From Chrysomallon squamiferum (lineage: Eukaryota > Animalia > Mollusca), in contig CM022673.1 of assembly GCA_012295275.1 (NCBI GenBank), positions 6,882,001-6,946,000 of the forward strand: 64,000 bases of DNA. The letters run 5' to 3'. Numbering within the stretch: position 1 is the first letter of the stretch; each line of letters starts with the position of its first letter. Positions 13,442-27,270 of the stretch are shown here, in pieces. Below the pieces are notes generated by a model. The model was not told where the DNA came from. It was given only the letters and a program-made list of their open reading frames with translations, and did no database searches. Position numbers and translations under genes: made by a program.

Positions 13442-14034
13442 AAATATATATATATACATACATACATATATACATGTATATATATTCAACATAGACACCC
13501 ACATACACACAGAAGGACAGTCATACATACATATATGTTAACAGACACAGATAAGTTAACATAACCCTCAGATTAATGGAAATTTGTCAAGTTTATTGTA
13601 CAGGACAAGTTTTGAATGTAGGTTAGTGATCTGTGACTTCACGAGATGAAACAGTGACCTCCTCATAACCTAGAAACTACGTCAAACAGATGTCACAGCA
13701 GGCAGTGGTCAAGTGAAACTGACCATGTCAAAACGAGGCTCCGCTACATTCAAAGAAATATTAAACATGATTTTCCTATGTTGTCTAATATATATATTTT
13801 TTTATTTTTCGATATTACGTAAATATGTCGGTTACTAATATCAGCCCAGGGTGTGTCCCGTGTTACAATCTGGTTAACATCTCCCACAACAATGACAGCA
13901 ACAGCAGCATAACAGTAACAGAAACGACGTTATAAACGCCCTTGACAACAGCGATAACAGCAACAAGAACATCTACAGTAAAAGCTGCAATGAAAGCAAC
14001 AGCGAGATCACTGCAATAAAAATAATTAAATAAA

Positions 14035-14065
<31 letters not shown>

Positions 14066-14069
14066 TAAT

Positions 14070-14140
<71 letters not shown>

Positions 14141-14596
14141 TATTTGCAAAAACAATCAACAACATCAATAAAAACAAAAAATAATAATATAAACAGCAAA
14201 ACAACATGACAATAATAATAGCTTAATGATGGTGATGAAAGAAAGAAAATATTGAAATTATTTATTTATTAGTTCATTTCATAAAAATCTGCAATATCTA
14301 TCTAATCTATCTATCTATATCTATATATATTTATTACATGATAAAATAATAAATAATGGTATTATATAATACAACAATAAAATAAATCAAAACATATTTC
14401 TTAGTAATCTTTATATTTATTCATTTACATATTTATATATTATTTATTTATCAATTTCTCACTTATTTTACTATTTATTATTTATTTACTTATCTAAGTA
14501 ATTTTTATTTATTTTGTCTCTTATTGTTTAATTAATTTGTTTAACTTTGTAATTAATTTATCAGCTATGTTTATAGTTTATTTATTTATTTATTTT

Positions 14597-14630
<34 letters not shown>

Positions 14631-14952
14631 TTATTTATTTATTTTAATATTTATTTATTTATTTATTTTAGTATTTCATTATTTAGTCCTTTCTTCATTT
14701 ATCCTGCCTTTGCTTTGTTTGTTTTGTTTCTGCGTCAGTTGCTGTCAAGAATCGTTCACTCATCGATTCTGAACCGCCCATTTGTGCACGTGCATATCTT
14801 ATTCATGTTAATTACAGGTTTCAGTAACAATGTCCAGTGGACGGAGTTAATTATTCACATGTTTTGGAAGGTTTTAATGGTCATTGTGTTAGGTTCAAAA
14901 GATAAAAGAAAACATAAAAGGACAAATTCCGTCATTCTGGAAATGATATACT

Positions 14953-14985
<33 letters not shown>

Positions 14986-15899
14986 AAAATAAGAACGGCC
15001 ATCAAATTGTAATTACCGTAAATATGATCCAAAGTTTTAGTTTGTAAACAGATAAGCATGTTTTTTATGTACAAAATGTTATACTGACACTAGTATTTTT
15101 TAATCTACAAAATTAAAATTATTTTTTAAATGTTTCATAATTTTTCTGTTCTAATATTTGAAATTACTGTTTGATGCTCCTTCAAAAACAAAAACGAAAA
15201 CAGTTATATCCTTAATATTTCAGTTTAATATGTTATATTCTGTGTGTGTATGTGTATGTATGTGTGTATATATAATTACATAAACACACGCACAAAGACA
15301 CACACACACACACACACACACATAAATGCACATAGATAACAAATAAATGGTTTATTTTTGTCTGTTCACGTTTCAGTATTTGCGTTTATGTACAGAGTTT
15401 ATTTATATCCGATTTTTGACCTTTGCTGCTGTGTTGATAATTTCTTAGATACTCTTGGCTAATGAAACTATTTAAGTAACATACAAGACGTTTGGTCCTT
15501 AATATTTTGTACTTTCATTAAAAGCTTCATGTGCAAGTCAGTACAATATGTTACAGACGCTAAAACCTTTTAGTATTGCTGTTGTTAGCTAAATGCAATT
15601 TACGTAATCTGTCTATCAGTATAATTCGTATGAAAGAAGAAGCCATAGTAAAAAACGTAGATATACATACTAATGTATCTTTGTACATACATACATACAT
15701 ACATACATACATGCATACATACATACATACATATGTATTCTAATTTGAACGACATAGCTATATTTTTCATGATAATTTGGAATTTAAAGAACAAGCGAGT
15801 TATAACAAATCTTTGAAAACAAAAGCTGATTAGTTATCACAGGTCACAGTTAGCATGACAGTTTTGTGAAACATATATCGTGAATAAAATAGTGTTCTG

Positions 15900-16040
15900 T
15901 AATATAATATAATATAATATAATATAATATAATATAATATAATATAATATAATATAACATAACATAACATAATATAATATAATATAAAACAAAATAAAAT
16001 AAAATAAAATAAAATAAAATAAAATAAAATAATATAATAT
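15900..16040. repeat. Pentanucleotide microsatellite (AATAT)n grading into (AACAT)n and (AAAAT)n
   Basis: Directly visible. Confidence 0.9.
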
Positions 16041-16680
16041 AAAAGTAAACAGAATAATATGTTAAATAAAATGAGGTAAAATAATATATTCAGATTTCTT
16101 TTTTTGTGTTTACGATTTATTATTGCCAATTTCTCTGAAATTACTCATAAAACCACTGCTGCCACTGCTAGTACCAAAACTACACCTACCACTAGTAATC
16201 CTGCTGCAACTACTACTACTACTACTACAACTACTACTACAACTACTACTAGTCCAACGGCTACTACTGACACTATTAATATACTACTACTACTACTACT
16301 GCTATAACAACTTCTACTGCTGCTACAACAACTTCTACTACAACTACTGAAACCACTACTTCTACTAGTATTACTACGATTGCTATTATTATTATTATTT
16401 TAACAACATAAAGTTTTCTTTATAAAAGTATGGGTTCATCAGCAATATATCTTTGGACTGGTTGCGCCAGAACCATTTACCAATATATTTTACAAATCAA
16501 GTGTCTATTTATTCTCGGGTATTTGTGTGCCCACAACAGGCATGCTTGTCTACAACATACTCTGATAAGCATATTGCAAACTTCGTATATCATGTCAAAG
16601 ATGCACACAATGAGGTCATATTACTACAGCAAAACCAAACAGAAGAAGAACAACAACACAACTGTGAAATGACGCACCGA

Positions 16681-16732
<52 letters not shown>

Positions 16733-16849
16733 ATATTTAATATTTATTACTTTCCTAGGCGACATTTACGACACAGTAACACGCCATATTTTGGAAGACC
16801 TGTGAAAACGGCACCTCAGTTTCCATGTCGACGACACTTTCCGAATGCT

Positions 16850-16855
16850 TATAAA
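16850..16855 (+). promoter_or_regulatory. TATA box of the small Cys-rich gene
   Basis: TATAAA lies 78 bp upstream of the ATG at 16928. Confidence 0.55.
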
Positions 16856-16927
16856 TCAGACTGTTATCACAGATCTCTCACACGTTGTGGACTGGCGGTG
16901 GTTTGGTTTCAGCAAGTTTTCCCCAAA

Positions 16928-17279
16928 ATGAAGGTTCTTCTTAGTTTTGTCATCGTCGTGGGTAAATATTCGTTTATTTATTTTTAATTTCTCTATTTCT
17001 TATAGCCGTTTTTGTTTCGTTTCTCTATACATTTTCGGATTTCTAATTTTGTTTTTTATCTTTTGAAATTTTTTATTCAGATTTATGTATTATTGTCTTC
17101 CTATTTTTTTTTTTTTACTTTTTTCTTCTTTATATCTTAGTTCTTTGTTTCTGTCCTTCGTTTGTTTATCATTTATTTATATACATTAAAACTTATATAA
17201 ATAAATAAATAAATAAATAAATAATAAAAATAAAAATCTTATTTACAAAACTAATATCTATTAGTATGTTTAAATACAT

Positions 17280-17310
<31 letters not shown>

Positions 17311-17687
17311 AATAAACTAAACTAACATAAAATAATAATAATAATAATAAATTAAACAACTTAACGTTTGTGACAAAAATTCATCTGGAGTAAGGTACCT
17401 TGACTGAAATTCAAATGCTACATATTTAAGTCTATTATATCCCTGTTATATGCACTGAATTGGATATCAAAATATTATTTTTGACTTTGATTACATATTT
17501 TCACTAAGACAGATTATTTTACATTGTTTTTCCAGTCACTGTGCAGTCAGTAAAGAGCGAAACATGCGACGCATGCGCAGCTACCTATGTGATCGACAAA
17601 GCCGCTGTGTCGAGTGGAACGAATGCTGAAAAATGCACGTAAGTATTAATTTTCATAACCTGAAATTCAATTAAAACCTTCCTTTTC

Positions 17688-17739
<52 letters not shown>

Positions 17740-18577
17740 TATTATTTATTTATTTATTTATTATTATTTATTATTATTATTTATTATTATATTTATTATT
17801 TATTATTATTATTTATTATTATTATTATTATTTATTATTATTATTTATTTATTTATTTATTTATTATTTATTATTATTATTTATTATTTATTATTATTAT
17901 TATTATTTATTATTATTATTATTTATTATTTATTAATTTATTATTATTTATTATTTTTATTATTATTATTATTTATTATTATTATTTATTTTATTATTAA
18001 AAACGATTATTAGAATATTTATTATTTCATATTATTAAAAATAAAATTAATAATAATAATAGAAAAAAAAAAAAAAAAAAAAAAACAGCCAGAAATTAGA
18101 AAAAGATTTTTACAGAGCTGCAATGAAGAATAAAAAGACTGCAAGAGGATGAATTTCAAATTATTAAAAAAATAAATGATAATAATAATAATAAAAAAAA
18201 AAAAAAAAAAAAAATGAAATTGAAATATTTACACAGAGCTGCTAAGAAATTCGCGATGTGTCTGATGTCGGCTACGGGGACTGGCTGTGACACCGGCGCC
18301 AACGTCCCAGCTACGCAGTTTGCCAGCGGCGGCACCATCAATACAGACATGACGGCAGCATCCCCGTGCAGTAAGTTTTTATTTGTTTATTTATTTATTT
18401 TGTTTTTAATTTGTTTTTTTGTTATATAGGGAAACTAAAGTACGGCAAGGTAGAACCTGGCGGAGGGGTGGAGTGGGGGTTGAATGAAAAAACAAAACAA
18501 AAAAACATTTTTATTTTCAAGTTATCGTTTCAAATTTACTTTGATTTACTTTAATGTATGTAATAATAATAATCATG

Positions 18578-18634
<57 letters not shown>

Positions 18635-20384
18635 TGATAATGATGATGATAATATTAAAAAAAAAAAAAAAAAAAAAATGTAAAAAGGAATAACAAGAAT
18701 TAAAAAAAAAAAAAAAAAAATAATAATAATAATAAAAAAAAAATAAGATCAAATAAAATAAATAAATAAAGACAACGGTTTCATAAAGAATGATAATAAA
18801 AAAAAAAAAAAAAAAAAAAGATAACTCCGTTATACATATTACACTCGTTAATTTCAGAGTTACGTTCAACTACTTATAACGTTTGTAATTTCGGACATCG
18901 CTTCCTAATGTTAATAAAGTGCAATACATTTTACTGTTATAGCAGTTTTGCTTTATTTTATTTGTTTTTCAGCATTTGACGCTCTGTGTTCTTCGTGCCA
19001 GCTGACGTATGAAAACTCGATTCTAGCCCGTACAACCTCCACAACTAGCAAAAAGAAATGCGTGTACGTTGTTCACTTTCTATAAATAATGATGATTATG
19101 ATGATGATGATAATAACGTTAATAACGATGATGATGGTGATAATAACGATAACTTAATAATACCAAGAATAATAATAAAAACAAAGAGAACAACAACAAC
19201 TAAATAGTAATAATACAAATTTAATTTTTTTCCCGTCTTCCTTCAAAATTTCACAACCCTCCTCAAAAAAATAAATAAATAAACAACATTAATTTAGAAA
19301 AATAAGAATAAAAATATAAAACATAAAATGAAACATTAAAACAATTTAATTGTATCTTTAATATATAAAATGATGTTGTTCTTAAGAAAATTGTTTTGGT
19401 TAACAGAAACGAGTAAAGGGAAATAACTCCAGTTGGTCAGAAATATTTTTACAAAATTACTCCCGTCTTTCTCAGTTCACGTATATACACAACACAAACA
19501 CATACACATATACACACACATGTATATAAACATACACAGAGATACACACTTTCAAAGATAAGTCATGGTACACGCGCACACACAGATACAGACGCAAATA
19601 CGGGTTTAATAAAAGATGAAAATTAAAAAGAAAGACTTCTAATTTCAGTGAAGCTTTTACCTATACTCTTTGTGTTGAAACATCAGTCTCAACGCAGTTT
19701 GCCTGTGATGGAACAACAACTAAAGTTTCAATGGACACCATTTCCCTGGACACAGCTAAGGCAGATTGTAAGCCATTGATCTGTTATCAACAGTCAGTCA
19801 GATATTTGGAATCCAGAAAATATCTAAAGTTTTTGCTAGACTGATACAAAAAATAACACTGATTTGTTTTTAATTCTAATGGTTACATTAATAATGAATA
19901 GAAAAAAAAATAGGTATATCGTTCGTATATAATGTATATAAATGTATATAATGTATCCTGTACATGATTTTACATACTAATTAATAAGAATCAGTTATTA
20001 CAATAAGTCGAAGTAAGTAACAGTTTACATTCATAAACATATTAATGTTTTCTTTATTTCTATAGTATAACTAGAATAATCGATATTATCGCTTGAAAAT
20101 ACGGATTACTTTCGTGTTATTCTTTCTTTTGTTTTTAATTTACTTTTGTGTATATGTCAAAACATTACAATCTACAAGTTGTATTGCAATTAGTGATTAC
20201 TCCATCAATCTGTGTGTCTTATTACATCTATCGCTTTATTTCTCTTTTCATCTATCCACTATATCATACAAACATTTAAAATGTTTATTTTCACATTTCA
20301 GGTCCTTACAGTCTTGCTGCTGAAATCAAAGCTTCTGTGATCGTCATAGCTTTTTCTCTGCTTGTTTCTGTAACTGGTTTCTGA
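16928..20384 (+). CDS. Uncharacterised 187-aa secreted, probably GPI-anchored protein with two 6-Cys repeats (neuritin/RGM-N-like spacing)
   Basis: Exons 16928-16961, 17536-17638, 18237-18370, 18973-19063, 19649-19767, 20302-20384 (564 nt, all GT-AG, phases 1,2,1,2,1). Signal peptide MKVLLSFVIVVVTVQSVKS, 12 Cys, and a hydrophobic C-terminus SLAAEIKASVIVIAFSLLVSVTGF followed by stop. ATTAAA occurs at about 20510. Confidence 0.85.
17690..18000. repeat. (TTA)n/(TTTA)n low-complexity tract in intron 2 of the Cys-rich gene
   Basis: Directly visible. Confidence 0.9.
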
Positions 20385-20594
20385 TCAACGACAGTGACAG
20401 CTGATAAGATAATACATGTCTAATCATTGTTTTAAAAACACAGTGCACTGTAATCCGTCCTTTGCGTGAAAGAGCGATATTTAATTATATATTCGTAATT
20501 TTAATATACATTAAAACAAATTGTGTCTGTCTGACTACAGATTTGTTTTTTCTTGATGTCCCGCCTGTCTGTCGGTCTGTCTGTCATGTCGGTC

Positions 20595-20778
20595 TAATCT
20601 GATCTTATCTGATCCGATCCGATCCGAACCGATCCGATATGAGCCGAGCCGATCCGAACCGATCCGAAATGAGCCGATCCGAAACGATCTGAGCCGATCC
20701 GATCCGATCCGATCCGATCCGATCCGATCCGATTTAATTAAATTAAATTAAATTAAATTAAATTTAATTTAATTTAAT
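20595..20778. repeat. (GATCC)n pentamer microsatellite with GAGCC/GAACC variants, followed by (AATTA/AATTT)n
   Basis: Directly visible. Confidence 0.9.
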
Positions 20779-20989
20779 GTATACCTGTATGGCTGTCTGA
20801 CACTCTATCTATCCACCTATCAGTCTAGTATCTATCTATCACTCTCTATCCATCCATCAATTTGTCGGTCTGTCTCTCTTCATTCGGTTCATTTAATATC
20901 ACCTTTTTCCTGATTTCCTTGTCTTTCTATCTAATTTCTATCTGACTGTTTATCTATGAAATCTAATTTAATGTATTCTTATCTAAATC

Positions 20990-21104
<115 letters not shown>

Positions 21105-22204
21105 CCTCTCTCTCCACATCTCAGGCTATTTAATAAACGTACATCTGTCTGTTTATAAAAAGTTCAAGCCTATGTATATAAATATGAAGTATTAAATTAA
21201 AAGTCTTGTTTCTTCTTTGTTGAACTAATGATATATGACGTGATTTGAAATTCACTGAATATCGGTTAGATCATTGTGTTTTTTGTAAAACCATGACGGA
21301 TAATAATAAACTATATATCGTTAAAAAAATTTGTTGTTTTATATATTCATTTTTGTTTGTTCTTATTGGCACATTTAATATAAATCTTTTTTTCTTTTTT
21401 TTTCTTTTGGTCTCTGTAGCCAATATGGTACATTAAGGATTATTTTTAAATTGAAAATTGATTTATTTATTCTACGTCAATCTTGAAATGTACCTTACAA
21501 TATACATCTTACCTACTTCTTAAACACATTCAGATACATATCCCTTGACTGAAGAAGACAGAGGAATTTCCACACCTCGTCTGCACATTGAAGAAAAAAA
21601 CAAAAAACAATTGACGTGCTAATCAGAGCAAACTTTTGTGAAGTACGTCTACGACAGGGACGTTTTCTGACAGGTCGGCGGTCCCCTGCACACCTGGAAC
21701 AACAGAGTTCTATTCGAGCGTTGCACCAACTGTTCGGGTAGCCTCCACACCAGAGCACGACCCCGCAAGAGACCACTCCTTACGAAGACTCGTCAAAATG
21801 ACACCAATCAAGGAAACATTCACACAAACACTACACGCAGTAAACACAGAAAACAGTAAAGGAGTTTGATCACACAACCGTCCATCTGGAACAACGGCTA
21901 CTGGGATGTGCGTCCATCCGCTACATCCTTTTTTTTTTCACAGCAGAACGGGGCAAATTACTGCTGTTTGAAACAAAGCGAGTAAAAAGCGCACAGTGCC
22001 AACGATGGGGACACAACGTCCACAACGTGCAGATCGACGACTGGACACTCGACATGTTTCAGACGGCCACCCTTAGAAAACGACAGAGAACCCGTGCCGA
22101 CAGACCATCCACTGATCCAGTTGCAATGGCCGACACCACACACACAGCCAAATATGTCCTGGATATAAATATGCAGTTAAATACGTGGAGGCCAAACACA
22201 CACC

Positions 22205-22253
<49 letters not shown>

Positions 22254-22271
22254 CCAAATATGGATATAACC

Positions 22272-22760
22272 TTTATATGTTTTACACAGAGACATTTGCA
22301 TGTTTTGGATTTTCAAGCAATACCAAATATCACAATTCTTTTATGTTATTTTTCAAATTTTAATTATCTTTATATCTTTTCTTTTTCCTTTCTTTATTTC
22401 ATTGCATAACTTGTTTGTTCATACATACATATTTATTAATATTTTGATAATAAATATCGTGAAGCTATGAAATGAATAACTTTCATAATAAGTAAAACTA
22501 GTAATAAATAACGAATCACAAAAATACAAATTATAGGGAAAAGTTATAAAAATGGAGAAACGGTTGTTGTAACAAAGAAAATAAAGGTGTGGATTAAGGA
22601 GGGAACCAACCCTTTTTGTGAGAACAAGTAGTTGTTAAAATGAGTGACAGAACAGTTAGAAAAGAAAGAAAAAACGAACCAACTTCAAAGTTAAATAAAT
22701 AAATTAATATACAAAACAATAATTTAGTCCCCTCTCCGACAAAAGAGAAAAACAGTAAAC
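22272..22760 (+). repeat. Duplicated intergenic block, paralogous to 38532-39230
   Basis: TTTATATGTTTTACACAGAGACAT...GGATTTTCAAGCAATACCAAATATCACAATTCTTTTATG...TAAATTAATATACAAAACAATAATTTAGTC is present at both loci. Confidence 0.85.
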
Positions 22761-23149
22761 AAAACAACAACAAACAATAAAACCAACAAAAACAAAAGAG
22801 CAAAAACAACAACAAAAAAAAAAAATAAAAATAAAAAAAGAAAAAAATAAAAATAAATAATAAAAAACAAAAAATAGACAAAAAAAAAAAAAAAAAAAAA
22901 AAAAAATAAAAAAAAAAAAAACACTCAGAGAAAACACGAACAAAACAACTACATAAAAATAACAAAAAAACACAAAAAAACAACAACAAATTATCTGTTG
23001 TTCCTTTTTCTTCTCTGTATTCTCCTGTCATCTGTCTGTCACTCTTTCCATGTTAGTTTCTTTTACTGTAACATTTATATAGTTTATTTTGCAATTAAAA
23101 AAAACAAAAATAACAATCACTAAAATTGACAACGTATTCTACATTGTTT

Positions 23150-23585
23150 AATTATTATTTTATGTAATTATTTTCACACACATACACAAGCATTTATCTT
23201 TCAGTTTACATACTTGTGAGATAAACGTCAAAATGACAGAATTTGCATGAACAACGCATTATCAAATACTTATGACAACGACAACATTAGTAAAAGCATG
23301 GACAACAACATCGACAACTGCAATAACACAGTTTTGAACGATCTTCCTTCTCTAATACAAGACAGTTCTGAATAAAAAGCTAATATGTTTCTAGTGCAGT
23401 TCCCACGACTTGCATTTATAAAGGGTGTCACCTGATATAAATACTTGTATTAACCATTTCAGATTAATGAAAAGACTAGGGCAACAACCTAGTTATGTCT
23501 TACAAGGCAGAACGGTCGATTGAATAATATCTTTGGTACGTAACATCTATGAAATAATAATAAAACACTATTACTTTAACAGCCG
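23150..23585 (+). repeat. Duplicated intergenic block, paralogous to 63140-63582
   Basis: CATTTATCTTTCAGTTTACATACTTGTGAGA...ATAAATACTTGTATTAACCATTTCAGATTAATGAAA...GTAACATCTATGAAATAATAATAAAA is present at both loci. Confidence 0.85.
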
Positions 23586-24013
23586 CCATTGCCAGATAAT
23601 TTTATACTTTCACAAACTCATATACACAAACACATAATATCGAACTAGTTTGGATAGTCAGAAAGAAAAAAGAAATCAGATAGACAGACTGAGACAAACC
23701 TAGGTGGATATACAGACAGACAGACAGACAGCAGAGAGAGAGAGAGAAAGACTGGCGGGTACTAAATATAGACGTTTGAACAGAAATGGTTTTATTCACT
23801 TATACGAAAGCTAACCACGGCAATGTGCTGTATAAAGACTGGGATCTTGTTTACTTTTGTCTTTTACTTAATTAAGTTATCGAAAGGTAAGTACCAAATA
23901 TATATATATATATATATTTTTTTTTCTCTAAAAGAATGAACGTTTTTGTTTTAGGCTCAAATTTTATTTATAATTACAATTATTTGTATATATCTCTATG
24001 TATTTGTTTGTTC

Positions 24014-24107
<94 letters not shown>

Positions 24108-24181
24108 CTCTTACTCTGTGTGTGTGTCTACTTATTTTGTACTTTTTCTTCTGGTTTTCAAGCAGTACTGAAATGATAAGA

Positions 24182-24235
<54 letters not shown>

Positions 24236-24936
24236 GTATTTTTCATAAATGTATTTCGGGTGGAAAAAACGAAACTTTAAAATAAAAAATATGTTTTACT
24301 TTTTTTGAAAATTCAATATTTCTTTTTTTTAGGACTTAAATCTCGCTGTTTCGTTTTCAGCGGACATCGCATACGTTCACATCTCCAGACAGAGCATCAA
24401 TGAAAGCAGAGGATGTCGTCTTCCACAGCAAGTCCGTGTGTCTGTGCGGGTGGACAACGAAACTTTGTCTTTGGAACTGACGAGAAATGAAGACGTAGAT
24501 TCAAACGTACCTGTCTATCTGCTGAAAGACGTAGATAACAAAAACACAGTGGTTAAAGAACTCATGTTGGATACCCAGGCAAGAATTTGAAAATTTCTTT
24601 TATATCCAAAAAAAAAAAATCTTTATACTTCTAAGTTATTATTATTATTTTATTTTATTTATTTATTTATTTCTTCTTCTTATTATTATTTACTTATTAT
24701 AGCTCAGTAAATAAAGTGTGAAATACAAAAACGTCGCCATTTGATCCCTTCTTCAGTGGAAACGTGACGTCATCGGGTACCTTGTGGACTGAGAACTGTA
24801 ATCTTTTCTGGCAACACCACCAGAAAGGTTTTGAAAAATCGGCACAGCCTTGTACGAAGTGACGTCATGAATTCATAAAATGATGGCGCTGGATATTTTT
24901 AGACTGTAGTTTTTTGTTACTATACTTCGTTGTTAA

Positions 24937-24967
<31 letters not shown>

Positions 24968-26899
24968 AAAAAAAAAAAAATAAACACATAAAATTAAAAA
25001 TAAAAATAAAAACAGAAATAGTATTAAAAAAGATGGAAAAATAAATTAACAAATCTAATTTTTGCCTAATAAGTTATACTATTTCTTCATTTCACAAACG
25101 TACACTTTAATTGATAAGGTTTATTCTGCTAGTAGTCTGCGTGTGTGTGTGTATGTGTGTGTGTGTGCGCGTGTGCGTGTGTATGTGTATGTGAGTGAGC
25201 GCGTGTGCGTGTGTATGTGTGTGTTTGTGTTTGAGTGTGTATTCACTTGAAACAATGCAAATTATAAAAACTAAATATTGAAACATACCAAAAGCGTCGT
25301 TTTCAATATTTCAGAAGAAAGCTGAGTATCAGGATGTGACTAAAGATGCGGCTATGACAATATCGTGTTTTGGTGAAGACACAAATGTTCATCTTCAACT
25401 GGTAAGTTAGTAAGAATTACTATTTGTTTTCCAGTATCATATAGTTCATTATCTGATTGACAGTAACCTTTATATCTATATTTTGTAAACATAATGAATA
25501 TAATAAAATTTAAATAATAAGAAAAAGGTAATTTAAGAATTAAAATTCTTTGCAAAAAAACAAATATAATCTTTAATTCTATCTGTTTTGTCGGGAAAGC
25601 CCTGTTTAACATTTAGCACGCAAAATGAACATGAAAACCTTTAAATAAATTTCAAAAATATTTTTTTGTTTTACTTCAGCTAGTTAATAAACGTTTCATG
25701 TCTATAATCTTGTCAGGAAAGATTTATTATTAAGCTCTGCATTTACGATTTTTTTAAAATTCAGCACATACTTTTTCAAACACTTATAGTTATTCTATCT
25801 TGCTGTGCTATTCATATATTAGGGCATAGTGCTTACTGTACTTATCTCCCGGATAGTATAAGAAATCTAAGAAAGAGAGGAGTCTTAATATCTTATATCA
25901 GTTTATATACATTGTATGTAGTTAATGCTTGACTGACTTTGTGTTTAGTGGATTGTATCAACCGTATGCATTAAACCGTACCTTTAAAGCTTATTATTTA
26001 TGTTTTAAATACATTTTGATTTAAAATAATAATAATAATAATAAAAAAAATAAAAATAATAATAATAATTATAATAAAAGTAAAAAACAAAACAAACAAA
26101 TAATATATATATATATAAAAATAATAACTCCGCATGCTCAGTATTAAAGATAATAAGAAAGTTTTCTTGTATACGCTAGTCCAATAAAGAACATACCAAG
26201 GCTTTTATGTAATGTTAAGCACTGGCAGGAATGGAATATATTACAAGGGGTTCATTCTGAAATAATCAGATTTTTTGAATGTATTACAATTGAAATTTTA
26301 CAACAAGACGATATATGACTTGCCTAAATATGAAGATCAACAGATTACTACTTTAAGGATTTTTCATAAATTAATTCAAGAGTTTTCAACTTTTTAACAC
26401 TCACTTTTATGTGACATGTAGTAAGTATTTCCCTTAAATACTTTTTTTTAAATATTGTCTGTTCTCTCGTTCAGAGAGGGATCTTGACAGTACATGATAA
26501 AGAAAACCAACTGGAACCGAAATCACGTGACCGTCGAGAGACACCACGTGACGAAGAAGAATATGTTCTGGAAAAACAGCCTGTAAATTTTGCTGATGAT
26601 GATTACATAGAAATCCGTAAGTTATATTTTAATTTTCACACACACACACACACACATACACACACACACACACATAGACACTAACATACACAAACACACA
26701 CACACATATACATATATATACATATACATTCCTCAGCTACATTCCTACGTACGCACACATACAAATAAACATACATACATACACACACACGTACATACAT
26801 ACATACATACATACACACATACAAACATACATACATACACACAACATACATACATACTATTTATATCTGTTGTCGTTTATAGTTTCCAGAAGAAGAAAA

Positions 26900-27270
26900 A
26901 ATAATTGAGAATCCTTCATGGCTTTTTTGAGCAGTTGTAGATCGATATCAGTCTTACAAGTCTCGAATAAAACAATCCAGTTACTTTTTTTGCTTCCCTG
27001 ATACGACCAACGTAAGATTCACGTTCAAACTTTTCACCTTGATTCTCTTCAGAGTGTGCAAAAGAAGCAACAGATGATGAATTTTCTGGATGTGTTGTAT
27101 CATGTCGATTTTTCGTTTTTCTTGAATCCCGAAATATCCACAGTTCAAAAGTAGCATTCACATGGTTCTAAATTTTTTTCTCCTTACTGGTCATTGTTCA
27201 TACACTTCTTTTTATGCTTCGATCAAACAAAAGTTATATACGTTAGATTCATTTATGTTTATAACAGGAG
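26900..27270 (-). mobile_element. Chapaev-like (CMC) transposase relic in intron 4 of copy A
   Basis: Minus-strand translation KNRHDTTHPENSSSVASFAHSEE aligns with the relic in copy B (RNDITYPDIPSSIARVPHSEE). The flanking sequence AAACAAAAG.TATATACGTTAGATTCATTTATG is shared. Confidence 0.6.

Noticed and set aside
16104-16380. Thr-rich ORF upstream of the Cys-rich gene, possibly a mucin exon
   Set aside because: It is a degenerate (ACT)n microsatellite with no convincing splice sites.
24760-24870. Two TGACGTCA (CRE) palindromes in intron 2 of copy A
   Set aside because: They are absent from the matching intron of copy B and lie in MITE-like sequence, with no evidence of function.
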